From NCBI GenBank assembly GCA_037443265.1, contig JBBIOR010000006.1, forward strand, positions 5,166 through 69,165: a DNA stretch of 64,000 nucleotides. The letters run 5' to 3'. This DNA comes from Candidatus Fraserbacteria bacterium (GTDB lineage: Bacteria; Bipolaricaulota; Bipolaricaulia; RBG-16-55-9). Positions 1-8,822 of this stretch are shown here, piece by piece. A model generated the notes under the pieces. That model was not told the DNA's origin. It was given only the letters and a program-made list of their open reading frames with translations, and did not search any database. The translations under genes were made by a program, and so were the position numbers. Position 1 is the stretch's first letter. Each line of letters begins with the position of its first letter.

Positions 1-1163
1 ATGCCCAGCGAGAGCCCCTCGCAGCCCCGGTTGAAGTGCAAGAGCACCCCATCTACCTTCCATTCTTTGACGATGCGCAGGAGCATCTCGCTCTTGATAT
101 GAGGCGAGTAGAAGTGCTGCCATTCGGGGCGAGCAAGATTCCAGTCGGCCAGAACTCTCAACGCTTCATCGCGAGTCTTAATTTTAATGCCCTTCTGTTG
201 TGGAGTCGTTCGCGGACCCCACGTGCCGTCGTCTTTGATTTCAAACATCCCGCAGAGCCCGAAGGTGTAGAGTGAGCCGATCGAGACGCAGCCGTAAGTG
301 TGCTTTAGATAGCGAAAGATCTCTAAAAATGCCCAAGGGGGCTGGGTGTCGGTCATCACCCGGCACTGCTCATATTCCGAAGCTGCGACACCGCGCGCAA
401 CTCGATCTTTCACTTCATCGCGCAGCTCCTCATAGAAGTCGGCGACTTGCTTGCTGCTCTTCTGTAAAGTGGCCAACACGTAGAGCGAATACATCGTCTT
501 CTCATCGAGTGGTGCGGGGATGGTCTTATTCAAGCAGCAGATCTCAGCCCACGTTGACGTCGAGCGACACTCGTTGTAGACGGCTTCTATTAATTTCTCG
601 TCGTCGTACTTGCGCCCCGTGGTCTTTTCGAGCCAGGCGATGCCCTCGAGCATCTGCTGCACGATATAATCAATTTTGTGCTCATCTACACTCTCATAGG
701 GTCCGACGGAGACATCAATGCAGAACATCGGGATGCCGCCTTCGAGCTGGCTGGCCACCTGATACCATTTGGCATGGCTGCAGCAGATATGCGCTTGCCA
801 GATGAAGTCCGGCTTGGGAAACGCGCCGCCGAAGGCGTATTTGTTGAGCAAAATAGAGCCCCAGTAGTTGCGCATATAAGAGCACAGATCCCGGGCGAAG
901 CCGGCGCGCTCTGCGGCTTCCATGCACTCGAGAGAGAGCTTCTGATCGTGAGCGATAGAGGCCCCGTAGGGCTCACCCGTGAGGGGATAGACGTCGTCGC
1001 CCAAGCCGGCGGGAATAGCATCAAAGGCCCAAGCGCCACCGGTCCAGCGCAGGCCGCCTCGCTCGTGGGCCGTCGCATAGTTCTGATAGTACTTCAATCT
1101 TAACTCTTTGGCCTTAGGCCAGCACTTAAGGGGCTCTGTGGGGTATTTCGTCAGCGCCTTCAT
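1..1163 (-). CDS. bzdO: Benzoyl-CoA reductase, Bzd-type, subunit O (3'-truncated by window edge; absent from ORF track)
   Basis: Manual translation of both ends: ATG 1163 after GGAGGT RBS gives [48 protein letters not shown]; the same frame at the window edge reads [19 protein letters not shown]; both are BzdO-like. Confidence 0.9.
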   Translation of the reverse strand, partial: MKALTKYPTEPLKCWPKAKELRLKYYQNYATAHERGGLRWTGGAWAFDAIPAGLGDDVYPLTGEPYGASIAHDQKLSLECMEAAERAGFARDLCSYMRNYWGSILLNKYAFGGAFPKPDFIWQAHICCSHAKWYQVASQLEGGIPMFCIDVSVGPYESVDEHKIDYIVQQMLEGIAWLEKTTGRKYDDEKLIEAVYNECRSTSTWAEICCLNKTIPAPLDEKTMYSLYVLATLQKSSKQVADFYEELRDEVKDRVARGVAASEYEQCRVMTDTQPPWAFLEIFRYLKHTYGCVSIGSLYTFGLCGMFEIKDDGTWGPRTTPQQKGIKIKTRDEALRVLADWNLARPEWQHFYSPHIKSEMLLRIVKEWKVDGVLLHFNRGCEGLSLG

Positions 1164-1191
1164 TTAATCCATCCACCTCCCGATAGGCTCC

Positions 1192-1220
1192 TTGACGCCG
1201 GTGCACTCATTGCGTAATGT
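1192..1220 (+). promoter_or_regulatory. Sigma70-type promoter of the TA module with overlapping near-palindrome (candidate autorepression operator)
   Basis: TTGACG-17nt-TAATGT; CATTGCGTAATG at 1209-1220 and a second GTAATG immediately after. Confidence 0.6.
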
Positions 1221-1244
1221 GTAATGACGAAGGAGAAGCGGACC

Positions 1245-1490
1245 ATGAAGCGGACGAACATCGTGTTGGAGGAAGCGCAGTATCAGTACTTGAAAGGCCG
1301 CGCAGAGCGCGAGGGCAAGAGCATGTCGGCCCTCATCCGCGAACTGATCGAGGCGGTGATGAGACCCCAGCCGCGGAGCGCCAAGGACGATCCCATCTTT
1401 GGCATTGTGGGCATGTTCAAAGGCAAGAAGAGCAAACGAGATATCTGCCAGCAGCATGATGAGATCATCTATCGCAAGGATTGGCGCTGA
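1245..1490 (+). CDS. Ribbon-helix-helix (CopG-like) antitoxin
   Basis: MKRTNIVLEE...EGKSMSALIRELIE RHH pattern; AGGAG RBS before ATG 1245; precedes a PIN toxin. Confidence 0.8.
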   Translation: MKRTNIVLEEAQYQYLKGRAEREGKSMSALIRELIEAVMRPQPRSAKDDPIFGIVGMFKGKKSKRDICQQHDEIIYRKDWR

Positions 1491-1502
1491 GGGCCAAAGC
1501 CC

Positions 1503-1901
1503 ATGGAGAGGGTCTTCGTGGATACCAGCGGCTGGTATGCCTTGGCCGATGGCCGCGATCCGCACCATGAGGCTGCCAAGGGCTGGTTCGAGCAGAATGC
1601 TCTGCCGCTGGTCACCACAGATTATGTTCTCGATGAAACACTGACTTTCATCCGCATGAAGCTGGGTCATCCCTTGGCAGTCGATTTTGGAGGAAGGCTG
1701 TTGGGAAGTGCCTTGGCTCAGCTCGTTCCTGTGACCCTTGAGGACCGCGACGCAGCCTGGGAGATCTTCAAGAAGTTCAAAGATCAAAAGTTCAGCTTCA
1801 CCGACTGCACCAGCTTCGCAGTCATGAAGCGCCTGGGCTTGAAGCAAGCTCTGACCGCGGATAAACACTTTCAGGTCATGGGCTTCACTTTGGTCATCTG
1901 A
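1503..1901 (+). CDS. vapC: VapC-family PIN-domain toxin
   Basis: VFVDTSGWYAL, VLDETLT, FSFTDCTSFAVM, ALTADKHF acidic PIN motifs. Confidence 0.9.
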   Translation: MERVFVDTSGWYALADGRDPHHEAAKGWFEQNALPLVTTDYVLDETLTFIRMKLGHPLAVDFGGRLLGSALAQLVPVTLEDRDAAWEIFKKFKDQKFSFTDCTSFAVMKRLGLKQALTADKHFQVMGFTLVI

Positions 1902-1924
1902 AGCTACGCATTGGTGCCTCATGC

Positions 1925-3070
1925 TCAGAACAACTCCTCCGCAAAGAGTTCCTCGCCCTTGAGCATCTCCAAAAACGCTTCCACGCGCGTACGGAACTGC
2001 CCGACAGGGGTCGTGACGTCGAACTCCAGAAAGAGCGTCTTGATCCCCATCTCTTCCAAACGCCTCTTAATGATGGGGATGTCTAGCTCATGGGGATCAC
2101 AGAACTTCTGCTGCATTAAAACAGCGCCCTGCACCTTCCACTCGCGAGCGAGTCTTTCGATATGAGGCCAGCGCGCAAGCTCGGGCCAGTCTTTGGCCGG
2201 ACAAGCCGGTCTCTCTAAATAACGCGTGGCGATCGCTTCCAAGGGGTCTTTGAAACGCTCAAGATCGACTTCGCCCCAGAAGTAGCGCGTGCCTACACAG
2301 TTCTCGTCCACCACGAACGTCGCGCCCAGTCTTTCTGTCATCGCCATGAACTCGACGTCGTCGTTCTCGCTGCCGATCAACATCAAGCGCACGCCGGTTT
2401 CCCGTTCCAGCTTTCTGCTGGGCAACTCCGCCAGCAGCTCTTTCAGAGCACGATTGTGCTCGCTCTTGTCGGTCATCTGTGCCGAAGCCACCACCCAGAG
2501 GGCTTCTTGACCCGTGAGCGGCAGATTTTCTGACTTGCGTAGCTCATAAAGCTCCGTGAGAAGCCTGCGGCTCTCGTTTAGGATCTCAATGCCCTCGCGC
2601 AGATCATCGTCAGTAATCTTGCGCCCGATCCAGCCCTCGACGGCCTCTTTGAACTGGCGCAGCTCTTGAGTGAAATATTCTCGTCCGCCCTGAGTCTGCA
2701 CGCCGTGGGGCATGGGCAGATAGTAAGAGAACTCGCACGGAACGTGCTTCTGCCAGCTGGTGAAGCACTGTCTAAAGTGCAGGCAGCTCTGGGAGATGGC
2801 GATGCCGTCCAAATACTTATATTTGCCCAGAAGCCCCTGAGCTAAGACGTCTCGAGTCCAGGGGCAGTACATCCCAAACACGTGGGGCTCAGTGACGCTT
2901 GAGGGCTGATGGCTCCCGTAGACGCGCACGGGCAAAATATTTGCGGCATATAAAATCTCTTCGGGCTCATAGGTGCAGAAGCAGCCGACGACCTTTCCAC
3001 CTGTGCGCACCTTCCAGCCTTTGGCGTACTCATGCCGATACTCATACCACTGCCGAAATTGTTCAAACAT
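1925..3070 (-). CDS. bzdN: Benzoyl-CoA reductase, Bzd-type, subunit N
   Basis: Start MFEQFRQWYEYRHEYAKGWK after GGAGG; GCFCTYEPEE, MYCPWTRD, QSCLH, KFCDPHELD, GQFRTRVEAFLE motifs of the HgdB/BzdN family; near bzdO. Confidence 0.9.
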   Translation of the reverse strand: MFEQFRQWYEYRHEYAKGWKVRTGGKVVGCFCTYEPEEILYAANILPVRVYGSHQPSSVTEPHVFGMYCPWTRDVLAQGLLGKYKYLDGIAISQSCLHFRQCFTSWQKHVPCEFSYYLPMPHGVQTQGGREYFTQELRQFKEAVEGWIGRKITDDDLREGIEILNESRRLLTELYELRKSENLPLTGQEALWVVASAQMTDKSEHNRALKELLAELPSRKLERETGVRLMLIGSENDDVEFMAMTERLGATFVVDENCVGTRYFWGEVDLERFKDPLEAIATRYLERPACPAKDWPELARWPHIERLAREWKVQGAVLMQQKFCDPHELDIPIIKRRLEEMGIKTLFLEFDVTTPVGQFRTRVEAFLEMLKGEELFAEELF

Positions 3071-3071
3071 C

Positions 3072-3371
3072 TTAACCTCCTTCAGGTATGCCCTCGCACA
3101 GCCGCCGAGCCCACTCGACCACGCCGTAAGTGCTGCCTTCGAGATAGACGAACATCCGCAGATACTCGTAGGGATCACGAGCTTCAAGGATCTTTTTGTC
3201 TATCGAAGCTGCCACGATCCGGCCCAGGAGAATGACTTCGTCTCTGTAAGTGAGATGCTGAGTGCCGTCTTCGTTCAGCGTTGTGACCAACACAATCTGG
3301 CCCACGAGCGGCGATGGGTGCCAGGTGCTCTTATCTACGCTGAAGCTCACTTTCTCTTTCAAGCCCTTCAT
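3072..3371 (-). pseudogene. Flavin-reductase-like (DIM6/NTAB) protein, apparently internally deleted
   Basis: N-terminal PSPLVGQIVLVTTLNEDGT joins directly to the C-terminal-type HLTYRDEVILLGRIVAASID; only 99 aa, about half the usual family length. Confidence 0.5.
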
Positions 3372-4042
3372 TCTAGCCCCTCCCCTTGCGTGATCTCCTC
3401 AACGTCGAAGCCCACATCAAGGCGTCTCCACCAGACTTTGTTTCGCGGCATGGCCAAAATCTCTCGCACCTGAAAGCGCTTATCGGCGTTGCTGCTAAAC
3501 ATCGCAGTAGAAAAAGTCGAGCGCGTCACAATGGCCGTGTCACAGCCTCGATTGCCTGTACCTCCCACCGCGATCACGTCCACAAAGGGCGGTACGGCGT
3601 TGGCATCAGTAGCCATCAGCAGCACTTCGACAGCCGTCTTCAGACCGTAGCCGCCTACGGCGACTAAAGTTTCGACGGCGACGAAGGCCGCAGGGGTGTA
3701 ACCGTAGCGCGCCAGGTTATAATCGACTGAGTCGCTGCCCAGTGTCGAGAGCGCCGCCTCGACGATCTTGACCCCGCGAGCCTCAAGTTCTTTTCGGATC
3801 TCGCCCTGGACGAAGGGCCAGCGACGACCTCCGATCTCGCCCCAAGACGGCGGGCCCGAGACACAGACCACTTGAATGCCCGAGAGAGCACGAGCCAACC
3901 TCAAGGCCGTCTCGCCGGTGATGGACGCCACGATCACGTGTTTAATATCACCTTCTTGCAGGCGCTCCTTGACCGCGGCGATCACGCCCTCGGTGTTCTG
4001 GGCCCCCGGCTTGTCGAAGTAAAAGATCTTCTTAGCCAGCAT
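3368..4042 (-). CDS. Pyruvate-kinase C-terminal-like (MTH1675/AF0103-type) protein
   Basis: KIFYFDKPGAQNT...HVIVASITGETA...GLKTAVEVLLMATDA...VIAVGGTG..GCDTAIV...VREILAMPR; start could be GTG 4060. Confidence 0.8.
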   Translation of the reverse strand: MLAKKIFYFDKPGAQNTEGVIAAVKERLQEGDIKHVIVASITGETALRLARALSGIQVVCVSGPPSWGEIGGRRWPFVQGEIRKELEARGVKIVEAALSTLGSDSVDYNLARYGYTPAAFVAVETLVAVGGYGLKTAVEVLLMATDANAVPPFVDVIAVGGTGNRGCDTAIVTRSTFSTAMFSSNADKRFQVREILAMPRNKVWWRRLDVGFDVEEITQGEGLE

Positions 4043-4044
4043 CG

Positions 4045-4803
4045 CTATCGCTCTTTCCACTGGGGTTTGCGCTTCTCTAAGAATGCTTTTAAGCCCTCGT
4101 GCGCGTCTTCGAGCCTCATAAGCTCATCGAGATAGATTCGCTCGATTTCCTTCAGTGTCTCTTCCCACTCCCAGCGGAAGCCGCAAAGCGCCGCGCGCTT
4201 GGCCAACTTCAACACCGGCCCGCTCAAATTTGTAAGCTTGCCCACAAAGGCGTTCGCCTCGGTTTCTAACTGCTCAGCGGGCACGACTTTATGGACTAAG
4301 CCCAAGCGATAGGCCTCTTGCGCGCTGATGGCTTCGCCTGTGAGAATGAGCTCCAGTGCCTTGGGCCACGGCAGCAGTCGCGGCAAAAGTAAACACGCAA
4401 TCGGTGGAAAAACCCCCACTTTGATCTCAGGCTGGCCGAACTGCGCACTCTCTGAAGCGATGATGAAGTCGCAAGCAATGGCCAGCTCCATTCCCCCACC
4501 CAGTGCCGGACCTTGAACAACAGCGACCGTGGGCGACTCCAGCGTCCACAGCTTTTCAAAGACATTATGCACAGCGGCCATCATCTCGTTGACTTTGTCG
4601 GCTGTGTGGTCTTTGACATCCACGCCAGTTGAAAATGCCTTGCCCTCAGCTGAGAGCACCACAACTTTGCTCTTGTCTTTCTGCAGGCTCTCTAGGACTG
4701 CGCTTAGCTCTCGCAGCGCCGCGATATTTAGAATGTTGAGTGGCGGACGGTTGAGAACGACCCTAGTTACGGCAGCCTGGCTCTCGACTCGGATGGCGCT
4801 CAT
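4045..4803 (-). CDS. Enoyl-CoA hydratase family, probable cyclohexa-1,5-dienecarbonyl-CoA hydratase (Dch/BzdW-like)
   Basis: LNRPPLNIL, FSTGVDVKDH, ALGGGMELA, FGQPEIKVGVFPP, EDAHEGLKAFLEKRKP; context next to bzdN. Confidence 0.75.
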   Translation of the reverse strand: MSAIRVESQAAVTRVVLNRPPLNILNIAALRELSAVLESLQKDKSKVVVLSAEGKAFSTGVDVKDHTADKVNEMMAAVHNVFEKLWTLESPTVAVVQGPALGGGMELAIACDFIIASESAQFGQPEIKVGVFPPIACLLLPRLLPWPKALELILTGEAISAQEAYRLGLVHKVVPAEQLETEANAFVGKLTNLSGPVLKLAKRAALCGFRWEWEETLKEIERIYLDELMRLEDAHEGLKAFLEKRKPQWKER

Positions 4804-5645
4804 AGCTTGAAGAGTCTTATCGCATTCTCACGCAAGAGCTTGCGTTTCGCTTCTTCTTTGAGGCCCAACTCGTCGATCTGCTTAAGCGATTCTTTCCAGG
4901 GGAGCCCGTTCGTTCCCCACAGACAGCGATCTTGGCCCAATCGACTATTGATGAACTGAATGATCTCGGGCTTAAGATATTTGGGCATCCAGGCGTCCAC
5001 GCCCAAATAGACGTTCTCCCACTTGTAGCAGACGGAGATCAATTCTTCGACCCAGGGCCAGCCCGTGTGGGCCCCGATGATCTTGAGATCAGGAAAGTCG
5101 CAGGCGATTCGGTCAAGATAGATGGGGCGTCCGCAATCCGAAGGCATCGCCTCCAAAACGTGCCCGACTTGCATCGAGACGGGAACATCGAGCTCGACGC
5201 ACTTGGCATAGAGGGGGTACATCTTGGGATCGTTGAGCGGGATGTCAAAGCCGTAGATGTGCACATAGACGCCCCGAAAGCCGTGTTCTTTGACGGCCAT
5301 CTCGATCTCTCTAAGAGACTCTTTGATGCGAAAGGGGTTATAGCCCGCAAGCCCCACGAAGCGATCGGGATATTTTTCGGTGTATTGCAAGACGTCTTCT
5401 AGCTGCGTGTCCATGTACATCCATTGGTTCCAGTAGGACCACATCTTGCACTGGGTGATAAGAACTTTCTCGACGCCGGCTTCATCCATCAGCGCGAGCA
5501 TCTGCCCGATGGATTCATAGCGCGGCAGGCCGCCAATGGCCCGTTCCATCCGGCAGATCAACTCTCCCTCTTTCGCTTTGTCCCACTTGGCCATGAACTC
5601 CTTCGTGGCCACGTAGTACATGAAGTCGATTGCGCCAGTTCTCAT
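4800..5645 (-). CDS. Amidohydrolase_2 family metal-dependent hydrolase
   Basis: YPDRFVGLAG, MYPLYAKCVELDVP, DFPDLKIIGAHTGWPW, LWGTN motifs. Confidence 0.85.
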   Translation of the reverse strand: MRTGAIDFMYYVATKEFMAKWDKAKEGELICRMERAIGGLPRYESIGQMLALMDEAGVEKVLITQCKMWSYWNQWMYMDTQLEDVLQYTEKYPDRFVGLAGYNPFRIKESLREIEMAVKEHGFRGVYVHIYGFDIPLNDPKMYPLYAKCVELDVPVSMQVGHVLEAMPSDCGRPIYLDRIACDFPDLKIIGAHTGWPWVEELISVCYKWENVYLGVDAWMPKYLKPEIIQFINSRLGQDRCLWGTNGLPWKESLKQIDELGLKEEAKRKLLRENAIRLFKL

Positions 5646-5685
5646 GGGAGCCTCCTAAGCGTCGCCCCTTGAGCTGTGGTTACCC

Positions 5686-6348
5686 TTACCCGAGATGACT
5701 CGCCCTATGGAGACCGCTGAAGCGCTTCTCCAGGGGGATCATGGGCAGGATCTCGAAGCCCAGAGTGCGGAAGTACGCGAGCAATTCTCCAGCGTACCAA
5801 TCTACGAGGGTGCGCACCCGCTCGATCCCACGACTGCGGAAATGCTCCAACAGGGCTTCCCCCAGTTGTCGGCCAATCCCTCGCCCGTGATATTCCGGTG
5901 CTACCATCAGTACCTTGATCCAGCCCGTCTGTTCTCCACAGCCAAACTCCCAGACTCGGATCTCCCCCACAATGAAGCCCACAAGCTGCCCTTGCAGTTC
6001 AGCTCCCAACCGCAGCGCAGCATCGCCATGCTGGATGTGGTATTCCATCGTTTGTGCGAAATTCGTCCGGGCCACTCCTTCTGTCGGCTGAAGCCGGCTC
6101 TGCAGTTCCAAGACGGCGGGAAGGTCTGCCATGAGCAGGGGACGGATGATGAGACCGGCCGTGATGGGCTGCCAGAACTTGGCACGGCCCACCTGGCGAC
6201 ATCGCACTAAACCCTTGGCCCTTAAGATCTCCAGATACTTCGCCGCGGTATGACGAATGATCCCCAGCTGAGCAGCAATCTCTTCCGTATGTGCCCCTTC
6301 CTCCATCGTCTGCACCAGTTCGAGAATTCTCTCTTCCCAGCGACTCAT
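5686..6348 (-). CDS. N-terminal winged-HTH fused to GNAT acetyltransferase domain
   Basis: TEEIAAQLGIIRHTAAKYLEILRAKGLV (wHTH); GFIVGEIRVWEFG..GWIKVLMVAPEYHGRGIGRQL (GNAT motif A). Confidence 0.85.
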   Translation of the reverse strand: MSRWEERILELVQTMEEGAHTEEIAAQLGIIRHTAAKYLEILRAKGLVRCRQVGRAKFWQPITAGLIIRPLLMADLPAVLELQSRLQPTEGVARTNFAQTMEYHIQHGDAALRLGAELQGQLVGFIVGEIRVWEFGCGEQTGWIKVLMVAPEYHGRGIGRQLGEALLEHFRSRGIERVRTLVDWYAGELLAYFRTLGFEILPMIPLEKRFSGLHRASHLG

Positions 6349-6421
6349 GATCGAGACGACCCCCTATGACCACCGATATGGGTGTCCATGGCTGATCCTA
6401 CTCTATCTTTCAAGGATTGTC

Positions 6422-6460
6422 TGTGAGAAGCCTCAGTGAAGAGATGTGAGATTTCTCACG
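6422..6460. promoter_or_regulatory. Two tandem TGTGA-N6-TCA(C/G) sites (CRP/Fnr- or Rex-like)
   Basis: TGTGAGAAGCCTCAGT at 6422-6437 and TGTGAGATTTCTCACG at 6445-6460 in the divergent intergenic region. Confidence 0.5.
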
Positions 6461-6515
6461 AATTGCGTGTGCGGCACTTGAACATTATTATAATGAGCCG
6501 AAAGGGGTGATCCCT

Positions 6516-6896
6516 ATGAAAGAATTTCGGCTTTCCTTATCCCATCGCCCTGGAGAACTGGCCAACGTGGCAGAGACGCTGGCCCGTAAGGGCGTCAACC
6601 TCAAGTCGGTTGCCGGATTTGCGGAGGGCAACAAGGCCACCATCGCTCTCGTAGGCCATGACGTGAACGCACTGCGGCAGGCCCTCCAGGAGGCCCGGAT
6701 TCGTTTTGAAGAAGTCGAGCTGCTCACCGCAACGCTCGACGACGAACCCGGTGCGCTGGCCGACTTGACCGCCAAGCTCAGCAACGCTTCTGTCAACCTC
6801 ACCTCGATTTACGTCTTAGGGAGGGAGGGCCACAAAGTGCAGCTGGGGTTGACCACCGATCAGCCCGCTAGGGCGAAGAAGGTACTCGGACAATAG
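6516..6896 (+). CDS. Tandem ACT-domain protein
   Basis: HRPGELANVAETL..GVNL and DEPGALADLTAKL..VNL repeats. Confidence 0.85.
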   Translation: MKEFRLSLSHRPGELANVAETLARKGVNLKSVAGFAEGNKATIALVGHDVNALRQALQEARIRFEEVELLTATLDDEPGALADLTAKLSNASVNLTSIYVLGREGHKVQLGLTTDQPARAKKVLGQ

Positions 6897-6908
6897 CGGC
6901 TTGCTCGC

Positions 6909-7544
6909 TCAAGACTTCTTGATGCTGAGTGAGATCCCGTCTCGCAGGGGCACGATAACTGTCTCTAGCTCGGGATGGCTCATCACATAACGATTGAACT
7001 CTCGGATGGCCTGCGTCGTCTCGTCGGGATCTTCTTCAGCCACTCGCCCGCTCCAGAGCACGTTGTCTGCCAGGATGACCCCTCCCGGCGTAATCCGCGG
7101 CCAGATCCGCTCGATGATGGGCTTGTATTGCTGTTTGTCCGCGTCGAGGAAGCAGAGATCATAGGAGCCCTCAAGACTTTTGGCGACGCTCAGACCATCA
7201 CCTACCAAGATCTCTACCCGGTTGGCCACGCCCGCTTCTTCGAAGTGGCGGCGGGCTTCCGCAGCCATCTCGGGTTTAATTTCAATCGTCGTGATTCGTC
7301 CTCCCCAAGGCTCGGTGGCCCGCGCGAACCAGAGGGCCGAGTAGCCGATCGCCGTGCCGAATTCGAGGATGTGCTTCGCCCGCCTGAGCTTGGCGATCAC
7401 ATATAAAAGGCGTCCGGCCACCGGGCCGATGATGGGGATGTCCCGCGCTTGCGCTTCGTGCTCCAGGCGAGCGAGGAGCACATCCCGCTCGGGCTGAAGC
7501 TCTTTCAAATATCGTTCGACGGGCTCCGCTGTGATGCCATTCAT
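6909..7544 (-). CDS. O-methyltransferase (caffeoyl-CoA OMT/YrrM-like)
   Basis: ILEFGTAIGYSALW, FLDADK, GGVILADNVLWSG. Confidence 0.9.
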   Translation of the reverse strand: MNGITAEPVERYLKELQPERDVLLARLEHEAQARDIPIIGPVAGRLLYVIAKLRRAKHILEFGTAIGYSALWFARATEPWGGRITTIEIKPEMAAEARRHFEEAGVANRVEILVGDGLSVAKSLEGSYDLCFLDADKQQYKPIIERIWPRITPGGVILADNVLWSGRVAEEDPDETTQAIREFNRYVMSHPELETVIVPLRDGISLSIKKS

Positions 7545-8689
7545 ATTTTGCCCAAGAGCACGCGGGTGATGATGAGTCTTTGGATCTCACTGGTCCCTTC
7601 GTAGAGCTCTGTAATTTTGGCATCCCGATAGAAGCGCTCGACGGGATACTCTTTGATGAAGCCGTAGCCACCGTGAATCTGAAGGGCCTCATTGGCGACT
7701 TCACGCGCCACCCGTGACGCAAAGAGCTTGGCCATGGAGGCCTCTTTGGCCGGGTTTCCGCCGCGGGAGATCTCCCAGGCGGCTCGATACGTGAGAAGCC
7801 GGGCGGCCTCGATGTCCGTAGCCATGTCCGCCAGCTTGAATTGAATGGCCTGAAAATCGGCGATGGGGCGCCCGAAGGCGTGCCGCTCCTGAGCATATTT
7901 GAAGGCCTCATCGAAGGCGCCCTGAGCGATGCCCACGGCTTGGGCGGCCACCGCCACCCGACCCCGCGCGAAGAACTGCATCAGATGATAGAAGCCCATG
8001 CCCACCTGGCCGACGACGTTCTCCTCCGGCACGTGGACGTCCTTGAGCGTGATCTCGGCCAGATCGGAAGCGCGGATGCCCATCTTCTTCTTCAATGGCT
8101 CGGCAATAAACCCCTTGCGGTCGCTCTCCACGATGAAGGCCGTGATCCCCAGATGGCGCTCGGGGGGATTGAAGTCTGTGCGCGCGAAGACGATCAGAAA
8201 ATGTGCGATGGTCCCGTTCGTGATGAACGTCTTGGTCCCGTTCAGCACATACTCATGGCCCTTCTTCTCCGCGCGGGTCTTCATGCCGGCGACATCCGAG
8301 CCGGCCTCGGGCTCCGTGATCGCCGAGCCCATGACCCACTCGCCCTGGGCCACGGGCACTAGATATCTTCTCTTCTGCTCTTCCGTTCCGAACTCCAAGA
8401 TCATGTCGCTTCCGAAGATGCGAGCCGTGATCGCCTGGGCGATGCCCGGATCGCCGCGGGTCAGCTCCTCAATGACGATGGCTTGCGCTAAAAAATCCAT
8501 CCCAGCCCCGCCGTATTCTTGAGGGATGGCCGGGGCGATGAAATCGAGCTTTTTAGCCTCCTCCACGATCTCATAAGGATACTTCGCCTGCTCGTCGTAC
8601 TCTTCGGCAACCGGTCGAATGACCTCTTCGGCGAATTTTCTGGCGGTCTTCTTAAGCAGCTTGTGCTCCTCGCTCAGCTCAAAATCCAT
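7541..8689 (-). CDS. Acyl-CoA dehydrogenase
   Basis: AITEPEAGSD, NGTKTFITNG, QIHGGYG, YEGTSEIQR. Confidence 0.95.
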   Translation of the reverse strand: MDFELSEEHKLLKKTARKFAEEVIRPVAEEYDEQAKYPYEIVEEAKKLDFIAPAIPQEYGGAGMDFLAQAIVIEELTRGDPGIAQAITARIFGSDMILEFGTEEQKRRYLVPVAQGEWVMGSAITEPEAGSDVAGMKTRAEKKGHEYVLNGTKTFITNGTIAHFLIVFARTDFNPPERHLGITAFIVESDRKGFIAEPLKKKMGIRASDLAEITLKDVHVPEENVVGQVGMGFYHLMQFFARGRVAVAAQAVGIAQGAFDEAFKYAQERHAFGRPIADFQAIQFKLADMATDIEAARLLTYRAAWEISRGGNPAKEASMAKLFASRVAREVANEALQIHGGYGFIKEYPVERFYRDAKITELYEGTSEIQRLIITRVLLGKI

Positions 8690-8781
8690 GGTGGCCTCCT
8701 CAAGGTGTCATTCCATCTCTCGCGCACAACTACGCGTGCCCATTCTACCCCTTTCGGAGAGGGGGGGCAAAACACCTGCGG

Positions 8782-8810
8782 TTGACAGTCCAAATCCCCT
8801 CCGTTATAGT
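8782..8810 (+). promoter_or_regulatory. Sigma70 promoter of the miaB operon
   Basis: TTGACA-17nt-TATAGT. Confidence 0.7.
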
Positions 8811-8822
8811 TGAAAAGCGGCC

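Noticed and set aside
36..1103. Five short ORFs in the track (36-275, 272-805, 678-1103, 686-1078, 715-927)
   Set aside because: They are shadows of the minus-strand bzdO frame, which the track omitted because its stop lies outside the window
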